A DNA stretch of 63,746 nt, the filler included, from Octopus bimaculoides (lineage: Eukaryota), in the NCBI RefSeq assembly GCF_001194135.2. It is 6 parts of 5 records of this genome, joined end to end, with 100 filler letters (N's around TTAATTAATTAA, not from the genome) between each part and the next. Parts side by side here need not be neighbours in the genome. Positions count along the whole stretch, not along the records: positions 6,996 to 33,410 come from NC_068985.1; 5 more parts are not named here. One strand, written 5' to 3'. The notes under the pieces were generated by a model. That model was not told the origin of the DNA, made no database searches, and saw only the letters and a program-made list of their open reading frames with translations. Position numbers and translations under genes: made by a program. Shown here piece after piece: positions 11,303 to 23,450 of this stretch. Numbering within the stretch: position 1 is the stretch's first letter; each line of letters starts with the position of its first letter.

Positions 11303-12870
11303 TTATAAATCTATTTTCCTATCCTTCCTTAATACCGGTTCCCATATGCTATTCATATCTGCACTCGGTCTACTTCGGAGGTTGTTGTGTCCTAGCATAT
11401 GTGCTGCTTCTTTTAGTTTTTCGTATTTTCCAATGGTGTTCTCTGTCTATTATTTTAACTTCATCCCACAGGGGAGGTGGTCTCCATTTTTCCATACATA
11501 ATCAACTATACCCGATTTATGAATATCTCCTCATGTCACAGCTTTGCGATGTTCGTCTACCCTTATTTTGAGGGAAGGCATGTTTCGCCTTTGTATAACC
11601 TACCACAGCTGCATGGGATGGAGTACACGCAGTCTTTGGTCATATTCTATTCTATTGGTGGTTTTACTCGAAGGAGATATTTGCGAAGTGTTATATTACT
11701 CTTGAATACTGTCCTGGTGTCATTGGGGCCGCATATCTTTTGTATCTTTTTGGAGAGGCATTTCACATAGGGTAGACAGACTGTAGACAGTTTATTGGTT
11801 TCATCCTCTTTTTTCATAATTGGAGTAGATAGTATGTTTTGCGGGTAGTTGTTGCTTAATAGATTGTTACTGAGCTTGATCGTTTCTTCGTGGTGGCTAT
11901 CACGATCGCTGCTTATATTCTTTGCGCAATGTTTTAGGCATTGAGCAATCCCTCTCTTTACACTGTATGGATGGTGGGAATTGAAGTTGAGGTATCGTCC
12001 AGTGAAAGTCAGCTTGCAGTATACGGATGTCCTGAATCCATACTTGGTACATGTTATTAATATGTCCAGGAATGCTAGCTGATTGTCTTTTTCCTTTCCC
12101 ATTGTGAACTGTATAGATGGCTTTATTGAGTTCACATGATCTAACAATACTTGGACATCTTCCTGGTGGGGCCAGAGTATAAACGTGTCATTAACATATC
12201 GCAACTATAGGGTTGGTTTTAGTGGTGTTGATCCTAAAGCCAAATTCTCAAAGTATTCCATGTATATATTGGCTATTATCGGTGATAATGGTGAACCCAT
12301 AGCTAAACCCTCTTAATGTCGATATGTATCAGTATCCGTACTGAAATAGGTAGTTTCTACACAGAAGGTCAACATTTCCTTCAAGTTTCTCATTGGTATA
12401 CTAATGCGTTCTTTTAGATGGGTATCTGTCACTAGTTTTTCTTGAATCATCGATAGTGCTTCAGCAGTTGAGACTTTGGTGAACAGACTTATTACATCTT
12501 GACTCGCCATCTGGTTGGATCCAATGGAGATATCCTTAATCAATTCTGTGAAGTGGGTGGAATTCTTCATGTACGATGTTGACTTTCCTGCTAATGGACT
12601 GTTTATATCCACAAAGAAGCGGCTCAGTGGATGACATGCTGAACCTCTACCGCTCACTATAGATCTTAATGGAATACCATCCTTGTGAATTTTAGGGAGA
12701 CCGTACATGTGTAGTAGTTTACTGTAGTGTTGAGTCAGTTGTCTGCACTTCATTGGTGTAAAGCGATCCTTGTTCTTAATCAAGATCTGTGACAACGTCT
12801 TCTCTGTTTTCAGATTTGGGTCTTTCTTTACTTTGCTGTAGCTACCATCACTTATAAGACTTGCCACAGG
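11303..12870 (-). mobile_element. Penelope-like element, 5'-truncated (RT plus GIY-YIG), disrupted
   Basis: RT: KLLHMYGLPKIHKDGIPLRSIVS, DVISLFTKV, YVNDTF at 12187-12198 (YVDD mutated). Endonuclease: CVYSIPCSCGRLYKGET...EHRKAV...WDEVKIIDRE..W..RKLKEA. Stop at 11303-11305. Confidence 0.92.
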
Positions 12871-12975
12871 AGTTGCTAGAAATAACAGTCAAAACATTGT
12901 TTTAAACAGACATTTATTAATTTTAAAAAATCAAGAACGAAAGTTTGCAATACACTCTAGGATTTTATAAAATAA

Positions 12976-13625
12976 ACTAGCTGGCCCCGTGCCGTCAAAA
13001 ATGACGGTTAGTTGTAGTATTTTATATATATATGGATGGTAAATCAAATTAATACACTTGTCAATGTTATCTAGTGGTTGTCTTTTGACACACACACAAA
13101 CATTTACATACCTTTCTTTTACATACACATATACTCACACAGAGTTAAAACGTTCCCACTACCAGTTTTCCATCACCCCTTCCTTCCTTATTCACCTATC
13201 ACCTCTCCTTTCTCATTCATATGTTGTGACGGAGAAAAACACAAGTGTATTCTTGTAGTAGAAGATTATCTTTCTCGAATCTCCTTCTCCTTGTGTGCAT
13301 GTGTAACATCTTTGGTTATTATGGAAACAGTTTTTCGCCACGGTGATGTGTAAAATACTCGCTTCTGATTGGCTAAAATACCCAAATTTTGCAAATTTTA
13401 AAGGCTAATAACACATGATGAGCAATAACTCTGAAACTAGTCTCTGGATGCTGATTTTGCCTGGTGGAGGTGCTTATCTCCCTTTGAAAACATAAGGACA
13501 CGGGAAATGTGTCAAGGCCAACAGGAAACGGTGTTTCCTAGGGCTAAATAGCAGTCGCATTCTTCCCTTTCATGGGACTGTCACATTAAGTCGACAATGT
13601 ACCATCACTCTATCGTGCTGCTACT
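12976..13625. mobile_element. Possible non-autonomous Helitron/Helentron-type repeat
   Basis: Starts ACTAGCTGGCCCCGTG followed by a 6-bp hairpin ccgtca-aaaa-tgacgg (12992-13007). Resemblance only; boundaries uncertain. Confidence 0.25.
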
Positions 13626-15675
13626 GTATAAATCTCTCTGACAGATTTAGAAATGTATTATATGTATATATATANNNNNNNNNNNNNNNNNNNNNNNNNN
13701 NNNNNNNNNNNNNNNNNNNNNNNNNNNNNNNNNNNNNNNNNNNNNNNNNNNNNNNNNNNNNNNNNNNNNNNNNNNNNNNNNNNNNNNNNNNNNNNNNNNN
13801 NNNNNNNNNNNNNNNNNNNNNNNNNNNNNNNNNNNNNNNNNNNNNNNNNNNNNNNNNNNNNNNNNNNNNNNNATATATACATATATACATACGTACGTAC
13901 GTACATATATATATGCGAGTGTGTGTAGGTGTATGCCTGTATGTATGCATATTGTACCTACTTATTGTCCCCTTATAGTGCCTAACTCACAATGGAATTA
14001 CAAAACAATTGAAAGAAAGATAGCTTTCTTGCGTAGCCAAATATTTGTAAGGTTGGGCGTTTTGTGACTATAATATATGAAACGAAGATGTGAGAGATAT
14101 GCAATTGTTTACATTTGGAAGATCCTTGAGTAACTGATACAAAACTTTGTAATTTGAAAATATCCGATATGGGCGCCATTGTAAAGGGTTAAAGTTCTGT
14201 ATGGATTAATAGAACCGTCAGTTCAAATCATATTGCTAGTAGCCATGTAAAACGTCCTCGCACACTAGGCTTCCCTGAGATACTGTAATATCTTATCTAA
14301 GAGTTCAGTTTCTTCTATAAGAGTTCTTGAAGTCTGTACGTATTTACAGCTAGGTTCCTATTTACAGCTAAGTAGACTGGGTTATTTTGAGAATTATGCG
14401 TCATAGCCACTGACATAACACAATGTCACAGACAAGACACAAACTGCCGATTTTCTCACCATCCTTTATCAGATAAAAGAATAGACAGAGTTTTTAGAGT
14501 CAATAAGTATTTGTCGTGACACATACTTCAAATCCACTCGGCCTTTTATCCATCTTTTTAGAGACGATGAAAAAGTACCAATCCAAGGCAATGGATTAGA
14601 TCTGAAGAGACGTCGGACCGGATGCGACACAGTATTTGTTCTGGTTCTATGCGTTCTGAACTCATATCCTGCCATGCTCTACATGTATGATACTAGTCTT
14701 AATCCAACTCCCAGTTTAACTCCACCATCCCATCTGATGGATGATAGTAATGTTAAACTAGTGTTAACGGTGTCCAGTCTGTTGTAAATATTTGGGCCAG
14801 ATCTTCAGTTTGAGAATAACTTCCTCTTAGCAGTTTCGCAGCTCAGTGCAGGGTGATGAACACTGCCTTCCCTCTTGACCTATAAGATTAAAAAAATTAC
14901 TTGGACGCCAACTAAAACTGGTGGGGAGCGGTGATGTAGAAGAGTTTGGCATAATAGACTGTAATCCAAATAAAAATATGGAAGAGAGCGTTAAAGTGAC
15001 TACAATAGTTTAGTGGGAGATCCATACACATCATGTTTTCACCCTAATTCGTCACCCACCAACGAATCAGTTCTACAAGGCTCAATACTTAGGGACAATA
15101 CTTGTGAAGATGAACTGTACCTCTACTAAGATAACGATACATTGTGATATCAACTGGAAATAGGAATATCGTTGCAACTAGTTTAAACAGACTTTGCAAG
15201 TCGTGGCAGAGGAAAACTAAAAGTCGATATTTGTGTCACAGAAATGTAAAGGTAAAGCAATGATTCAATAAAATGAAACACCTCAAAACTAGTGTTCTCT
15301 GATTACCTTTGAAAAATACAATCAATATTCTACTTGTTACTCTATGCAACAAGCAGGTGTGAATAGAACATGTCTCCACATGGTCTGTAATAATGAGGTT
15401 CATGGTTCACTGAATACCAAGATGTAAAGGCCGAAAGTTGCAGTTACTGAGACTATTATTATACTACGACAATAGAAGTACTGTGAACTACAGATTGACT
15501 TGCTAGACCTCTATTACTAAGGAGGCTATTATTCAGAAATGTATTTTACATGCATGAATACATACATACGTATATATTTATTGAATACACGCTAACATGC
15601 ATAAACAGTAATAAAGAATACAGATCTACACACCACTACATGAGCGCAAGCTTATGCACCTGCGTACACAAACAC

Positions 15676-15765
<90 letters not shown>

Positions 15766-15909
15766 ATGTGTGTGTATTTATGTGTGAGTATTTATGTGTG
15801 TGTGTAGGTATCTATCTTGTTGTCTGTTAGTCTATCTCTCCGTCTGTTTGTACATACATGTAGGTATATATCTATGCATGTATCTATGTATATATTTGAA
15901 TGTGTGTTG

Positions 15910-16740
15910 TGCTAAAATAGGGGATGTGGAGTGGTGGGAAAGTTTCACTTTGTCCGGCGCTGCCATTCCAACTTTGACAGAACAACCAGTCAAGAGCTTG
16001 AAGCAGCCTGAGGGGCACAGTTTCCATCCGGGAATCAGTAAAAACCTTAAGAACTTGTTCATTGAAGTCAACAGATTTGGAATGCTCAGTCGCGTCCAGT
16101 AAATACCATCCCGGAAAGAGGCTCTTACTTTTCTTCGAATCGGAGAAACGACCATCGTGCCTACTTTCCACAGCCCTAGACTAATGGCTGAGAGTGGATC
16201 TCATAGAACAGTTAAAGGTGGATCTTAGAGAACGGTTGAAATTCCCAGATTAAACTGTACAAACAACACTCTACCTAGACATAGTGATTTTTTCAAATTG
16301 TACCAAACAGGTACTCATGTGGGAACTGACTGTGCCCTGGGAGGAACACATGAAGGAAGCTTGCTAAAAACCTGGAGTGGATTGAGTAGTGCACAAATCG
16401 AGGCAAGGAGGAACGTTGCAAAGCAAGAGAAGTGGACTGCTGAAATTTTCTGAGGAGTTCATTCAGCAAAGCTCTGACTGGGCTTGGTGTTACAGGCGTT
16501 GTAAAGGGGAGGGCTATAAATTCCATTACTGAAGCTGCAGAGAAGGTCACTAGTCGTAATTAGACAAAGAAGGTAGATTAATGGTTTGCCGCTCCTGGGA
16601 TGGAAGTTGGGACTTGATCAACCCCGGTTGAGTCAAATGGCCGAGAGAGTCTGATGTTAAAAGATCCGGGATCCCTGAAACCCCAGAAACATCACTGACA
16701 ATGCAGCTCAGATAATCCACGAAATGTAGTTTAAAATTAA
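15910..16740 (+). mobile_element. Hero-like (R2-superfamily, RLE endonuclease) non-LTR retrotransposon 3' fragment
   Basis: LKVDLRERLKFP...TTLYLDIVIFSNCTKQVLMWELTVPWEE (16323-16346)...ALTGLGVTGVVKGRAINSITEAAEK; then a 3' UTR with gacttgatcaaccccgg...gtctgatgttaaaagatccg...aacatcactga. Confidence 0.8.
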
Positions 16741-17371
16741 GACTAATTAAGTGTATATATATATATATATNNNNNNNNNNNNNNNNNNNNNNNNNNNNNN
16801 NNNNNNNNNNNNNNNNNNNNNNNNNNNNNNNNNNNNNNNNNNNNNNNNNNNNNNNNNNNNNNNNNNNNNNNNNNNNNNNNNNNNNNNNNNNNNNNNNNNN
16901 NNNNNNNNNNNNNNNNNNNNNNNNNNNNNNNNNNNNNNNNNNNNNNNNNNNNNNNNNNNNNNNNNNNNNNNNNNNNNNNNNNNNNNNNNNNNNNNNNNNN
17001 NNNNNNNNNNNNNNNNNNNNNNNNNNNNNNNNNNNNNNNNNNNNNNNNNNNNNNNNNNNNNNNNNNNNNNNNNNNNNNNNNNNNNNNNNNNNNNNNNNNN
17101 NNNNNNNNNNNNNNNNNNNNNNNNNNNNNNNNNNNNNNNNNNNNNNNNNNNNNNNNNNNNNNNNNNNNNNNNNNNNNNNNNNNNNNNNNNNNNNNNNNNN
17201 NNNNNNNNNNNNNNNNNNNNNNNNNNNNNNNNNNNNNNNNNNNNNNNNNNNNNNNNNNNNNNNNNNNNNNNNNNNNNNNNNNNNNNNNNNNNNNNNNNNN
17301 NNNNNNNNNNNNNNNNNNNNNNNNNNNNNNNNNNNNNNNNNNNNNNNNNNNNNNNNNNNNNNNNNNNNNNN

Positions 17372-17548
17372 GTTTATGTCCCCGTAACTTAGCGGTTCGG
17401 CAAAAGACCGATAGAATAAGTACTAGGCTTACAAATAATAAGTCCTGGGATCGATTTGCTTGACTAAAAGCGGTGCTCCAGCATGGCCGCAGTCAAATGA
17501 CTGAAAGAAGTAAAAGAGTAAAGAGTAAAAGAGTAAAGAGTAAAAGAG
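17372..17548 (+). mobile_element. SINE family A, 3' half
   Basis: gtttatgtccccgtaacttagcggttcggc...gcagtcaaatgactgaaag followed by a (aaaagagt)n tail. Confidence 0.9.
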
Positions 17549-17735
17549 TAGCATTTTGTAGAGTACGCTTTTCTTGATGGTGATTGGTCACCTTCATTGT
17601 TTGAATTGTATATTGGTGGTTCCTCTCTAAATTATATTTATATACATATATTATTTATTATAAAATTCAATTTGGTATTTCTAAATTGAATATTCCTGTA
17701 TGTTTGGAATTTTACATTCCCTAATATTATAATAT
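17549..17735 (+). repeat. 5' pseudo-LTR copy
   Basis: Near-identical to 21181-21366 (tag.attttgtagagtacgc...cattccctaatattataatat). Confidence 0.9.
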
Positions 17736-20700
17736 TTCTATATATACTTATAATATACGAAATTGATTATATTTAACTCTCAATTTTTGTTTGTTATGGA
17801 ACTTACAGGTAAGATAGAACCGCTAAATTGGGATTCATCTTTGAAGGATATTCCGATACCTTCGAGAAAGGAATTCACCTTAAAACTAATTGATAATATT
17901 AAAGATTTTTTAATTAGGATAAAATGGAAAGCATATTACAATAATAGTGTCATATGATATTAATGATATAGATAACACTAAATTCATCAATTATAAATTC
18001 AAATCTAGAAATGAACCCCCATGTAATAGGGATATACAGATCCTAGAGGATAAAATATGGAAGGTAGTTAAAAACATTAAATTTCATAAATGCCCAAATA
18101 GACACAAAGAATATTTGAGAAATCTAGCTACTAGAATAAAAGAATTGCGTAATTTAGAGGAAATCATAGTACCATCGGATAAAACGGGAAACCTATATAA
18201 GCTAGATGTTAAATTATAGGATAAACTATTGGAGAAAGAAAGAAATAAGAAATATAAAATAGTTCCGGAAAATACCCTTTATAATATCAATAAGGCCTCT
18301 AAATTAATCATGATAAGATACGAGTTAGATAATAAAACGGAACCATATGAACCCATGCACCCTAGGATTACCTTGAAAGACCACAAAGATAACTTTTACT
18401 CTGACCCAAAAGTTAGACTTATATGCCCAAGTAAATCAGATCTAGGTAAATTAAGATCATTTTACATAAATATATTAATAGATTAAATAACTTAAATTAC
18501 CTTAAGCTTTGGACTAGCACTAATGATGCTTTAAAATGGTTTAATAATATTAAAGATAAAAATAGATATAAATTCATCCAAATAGAAATAAATAATTACT
18601 ATTCTTCTATTAATGAGATCATCCTTAATAAGGCACTTACAATGAATGAGGTAGGAATGACTTATGATGAAGTTAATGTAGTAAAAATGGCTAGAAAATC
18701 GTTAATTAGATATAACAATGAATTATGAGCTAGGAAGGATACTAGGGACAACTTCGATATACTAATGGGGGCACCCGATTCTGCTCAGGCAACATACATA
18801 GTAGGTATGTATTTATTATCTGAACTTAAGTTAGAAAACTTAAAGTTTGAGGGTGGTTTATATAGGGATGACCTATCATTAATAACTAAAGATTGCACCA
18901 ATAGAAATTTAGAATTATATAAGAAGAAACTATATAGTTTTTTTTTAAAGAAATTAATTGAGCATTACCATATATAATGAGCACCATAATATTAATTATT
19001 TAGATGTTAATTTCAATTTAATAACAGATAAAACTCAACCCTTCCATAAAATTAATGAAAACCTTAAATATATTAATGCTAAGAGTAATCACCCACCCGC
19101 GATTAAAAAATCGTTAACATATAATATAGGAAAAAGAATATCACTACTTTCATCTATGAGATTTTCCAAAAACACGCACCTTATTATAATGAAGCACTTC
19201 TGAAGGCGGGATACAATAATAATAATATAAAAAATTTTAATAATTCTAAATATACCTATAATATAAAAGAATATAATAAAACAATTCATATGTGTCTTAT
19301 AATAATAAACTGAACTATAAGAATTATGATAAGGTTTCCCTAGATAATTATAGTATTAATAATAGATAATTTTAATTAAAAAAAGGTAAACATAACAATA
19401 AGAATAATAGGCGAGAAAACACAAGTGTAGACTATTCATTTAATGATACAAATAATAAAATATCTAATAATAGAAATAAGGAAAAAATTTGGTTAATAAT
19501 CCCTTACGGGGACCAAGTTAAAACAAACATTATTAAAGAAATTTTAAATGTAATTGAAATATTCATTAGAGACAATAAAAAGTATAAGGACATTTTCTCT
19601 TGTAAGAATTTCGGAGTTGGTTATTCTTCTACTAATAATGTGGGTAACATTATCTCATCCTTTAGTAAATTTAAATTGAATAAGTTTTACAATAACAAAT
19701 TAAGCAATACTTCCAATAATAGTAAAAATAAAGACCAGAATATAACTAATTGCACATGTAGAGATAAGACTAAATGCAAATTTAATAATAAATGTAGTTT
19801 GAAGGATGTAGTATATAAATGTGTAGTGGCTCTGAATGATGATAATAATAGGAATACTTATAATTTAAACACTACTTACATCGGTTCAACCTCTAATAAA
19901 ATTAAATCACAGGTGGCTCAACATATGCATTCTTTTAAGAATAGAAATTTAATTAATTCCACTGGCCTTAGTAAATACATATGGGAACTTAAATCGAAAG
20001 GAATTAAGTACAATTTAAAATGTCTGTAAGGCAAAAATCTTATCGAATAAGTAGTAAGTTTTGTTCATCATGTACTAACGAGTTTAAGGAGATATTATTA
20101 ACTGATAATAAAAAATTAATAAATTCCCAAGATGAGCGTAAAATTAAATGTAGACATAAGTTGAATTATTTACATAATAAGTTTAGATAATGTGTTTATG
20201 CAAACCTTATTTTAAGTTACTTGCTGTAGTAATAATTTCGTAGAAGGGAATAAAATATAGTTAGATTATGAATATTTTAGAGAACAATACATAGTTGGAA
20301 TAAAATTAACTAAGCTATTTAGTGATAAATAATAAGTTTAAAGAAATATATTTATTCCTTAAAATGTAGCATTATTTACGTATTTGAGATACCTCTTACA
20401 TTTATTAGTTCTAATTATTTAGACTTTAATAAAAATTAAAATTTTAATCTTCCAGTAAATAGTATACTATAGGTTAGTTCCCCTATTCTATTACACATTT
20501 CGTCACTTTATTCATTATAATACGTTCTTCTTTCTGCTTCCTGTGACGCCATATTGTCACGTGATTTATACATTATAAATTCTACGCATTTAGCTTAATA
20601 TTTGAGTTCACGGAGGGACGCCATATTGTCACGTGACATACTTCACATAAATTCTACGCATTAAGGTTAAAATTAGAGTTCACAAGAGATCGTCGATAAG

Positions 20701-20968
20701 ATAAGTGTTGCCGTTTATTTTACTAATATTGTTTTACATTCGAATTTATTTATTTAATAACATTATCGTTTTATATGTATTTCTGTTCATAAAGATGTTT
20801 TCCATTAGTCCACAGATATTATTTTAGATGAATCATACCTTTAACTTGAATGATTAGTATTAAGCGTTTACATTTTATTTATTGCACTAATGAGAGCTTC
20901 CCTACAAATACTAATATTTTATTATTTATTTAGTAAGATACTTTATTTGAATTCTTATTTTTTCCAGA

Positions 20969-21065
20969 GACCTGGTGAGTGACTGTATTTTGAGTGGAAT
21001 ATAATCTTGATCAATTTATTGTGAATTGTACTGTTTTTTTCTGTGGCCACGAAACGCGCGTAGTC
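20969..21065 (+). ncRNA. Degenerate minimal type I hammerhead ribozyme in the PLE 3' UTR
   Basis: gac|CTGGTGA (A6 to G)|gtgac...long insert...gccac|GAAA|c-gcgc-gt|A|gtc. Helix I gac/gtc, palindromic helix III acgcgcgt, GUA cleavage triplet. Confidence 0.6.
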
Positions 21066-21180
21066 AACACTTTACCTTCTATTTTATCAATTTACGAAGT
21101 TGAATTAAATTTTTATTCTAGTATTTTATAGATTTTTATGGATTTTATACTTTTCTTCTAGATTTTATAGATTTTTTAAT

Positions 21181-21366
21181 TAGAATTTTGTAGAGTACGC
21201 TTTCTTGATAGTGATTGGTCTCCTTCGCTGTTCGAATTGTATATTGATGGTTCTTCTCTAAATTATATTTATATACATATATTATTTATTATAAAGTTCA
21301 ATTTGGTATTACTAAATTGAATATTCCTGTATGTTTGGAATTTTACATTCCCTAATATTATAATAT
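21181..21366 (+). repeat. 3' pseudo-LTR copy
   Basis: Direct repeat of 17549-17735. Confidence 0.9.
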
Positions 21367-21429
21367 ATATATTGTTGTGTCTAGGGAGAGCTATCATGCC
21401 AGTATAATTAACACACACACTAGTTCAAT

Positions 21430-23241
21430 TCCACTCATTTATTAAATATCCGATCTTTTTTGTCAATATCTCCAGCAATTATAGGCTATCCTACTTCCTC
21501 TCTCACAGGTGTTAAGACCACTCATTGAAATGTTCCCGGATGTTTGTATGAGTACAGAGGGTCTCCTTGGTATAATCAGCAATTATAGTCGTGAAATAGG
21601 TAGTATGGATGTTGTTTCACTCTACCCATCTATAGACAGATTTTGCTGTGGAGAAATTCATTGAGATTATCTGTGAGAGCGAAGTAGAGTTCCGCGAAGT
21701 TAACACGAGAGAACTAGGCCTCTTCCTAAAATTAACCTGTGACTGTAACTACCTAGACAACCATGACCTAAGTACATTCTGACCCACCGTCACATCGGCA
21801 GCAAAGAAGAGTACCACACAGCGCTGGAGTGGCTGTACCATACCTACCCGGGACCCTGAGAATGACAATTAGGTGAAAAGAATAATTGCGCACGCTATAG
21901 GAACTAGCGTAAAAATCACCTTAAAGAACCATATAGTGAAGTTTGACAAGAAACATATATGCAGGTTGAAGGAGTAGCCATCGGGGTCGGTGCAGCTAGA
22001 GATGTGGCCGGCCTCATCATGACCTGGTGTGACAGAAAACCCAAACAATCCCTAGCTGAACAATCTATAACAGTATTGTTTTAGTGTGTAGATGACATCA
22101 ATATTTTAGTCGTGACAGCCCCATGTGACTGTACCGAAAAAAACGAGAGGAACATAACAGAGAGCATCCAACACTTAGCTAACTCCATCCACCAAAATAT
22201 CAAGGTAACTATAGGCACCCCACTAGGCACCCTAACAAGAGTCTCCCGGTTCTTGATACTGAACTTTGGTTAGGGACTGTAAACAACAGAGTACAGCTCC
22301 TCTACTCCTATTACATGAAACCCATAGCTTTTAAATACCTTGTTCACAAAAACTCAATCTTGTCACACAATATGAACATTAGCATACTTATAGTAGACTT
22401 AGTTAGGATAATGAATAATATGTCCCCACAATGTGAACCTAATGAAACAAGGAAATATATACAAAACTTCATGCACCGCATGCAATTCTCTGGATATGAT
22501 CAGAAAGATAGGATTCGTGTATACAGAGGAGATAAAAAGAAATTAGATAGCATCATATGTAATGATGTCAGATACAGAGGTAAAGAGTGGAATACTATAC
22601 AGAGGGTTTGTGATGAAGCAAACAGAGTGAACAAGTGGTACGGGGCTGATAAATATCAAGGAGTGATGTTTGTAGAGGTCACACCCATGGGGAATTAGCT
22701 TTAGGAAGGCTCTGAAGAATACCAAAGTTAACTTCAAGATCGTTGAGAATCCAGAGAGCTCCATCAGATCACTATTATGTGGGACGTACCCCTTCGAAAT
22801 ACCACATGCACTAATGAGAACTGTGTAGTGTGCAAGATTAAATCTCGTATTAACTGTAAAACTAGAAACGTACAGTGGTGTATGGGTATGTAAGGGCAGA
22901 AACACAGCATATATTGGGGAGACTTCTAAGAGTACAGCGGAGGGATGGAACAAGCATTGGAGAGAATATAGTAACAAGAAACAGTCCTCCATACTCTATT
23001 AACATGCCACAAAAACAACATGGGGGCACACTGGGCCGAATTGATATCCGCATTTGTGCAAGCACCTGAAGGACACATCACTTAAACAAATACAAGAGGA
23101 CGGCCTCATAAATGAAATGTTACCGGTAATATATAAGAAATACACGTAGAATGTAGATACCCCAATGCCATAGATACCACCCACTGAGTATACATACATA
23201 GGTATATTAGTAAGTAACCAGTCAAATAGGTAAATAGGTAT

Positions 23242-23277
<36 letters not shown>

Positions 23278-23400
23278 NNNNNNNNNNNNNNNNNNNNNNN
23301 NNNNNNNNNNNNNNNNNNNNNNNNTATATATATTAATAGTAATAGTATGACAACAAGAGAATGGGTGAGACCTCGATATTATGCAAATAGAGGAATTTAT
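21430..23400 (+). mobile_element. Degraded Penelope-like element of a distinct lineage (Naiad-like by motif resemblance)
   Basis: SMDVVSLYPSI, AIGVGAARDVAGLIMTW, CVDD at 22085-22096 (YVDD mutated), YYMKPIAFKYLVHKNS...DLVRIMNNMSPQC...FMHRMQFSGY, CVVC...NCKTRN, AYIGETSKS. Confidence 0.85.
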
Positions 23401-23450
23401 TTGTAATATAATATGTGACAATTATTCGGTTGCCATAATTAAACTCAGAA

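Larger units (their letters stand above)
17549..21366 (+). mobile_element. Near full-length Penelope-like element with direct terminal repeats (pLTRs); ORF broken by stops and frameshifts
   Basis: N-terminus LNWDSSLKDIPIPSRKEF from about 17796, PSDKTGNLY, MGAPDSAQ, YRDD at 18861-18872, NYLDVNF, SNHPPAIKK, GIY-YIG VVYKC...TYIGST...LSKYIWELK. About 187-bp direct repeats at both ends. Confidence 0.93.

Noticed and set aside
13410-13446. ATGATGA...GAAACTAGTC hammerhead-like string
   Set aside because: C3 is missing, and neither helix I nor a correctly registered helix II forms.
14640-14880. Possible Gypsy integrase relic on the minus strand (HPSDGMVE-like peptide)
   Set aside because: Only one short motif in a stop-ridden frame; needs a TBLASTN/HMM hit to support it.
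22740-23200. Selenocysteine codon or SECIS in the Naiad-like PLE
   Set aside because: The visible CxxC (CVVC) has no TGA, the copy has many random stops, and no SECIS-like fold was evident.
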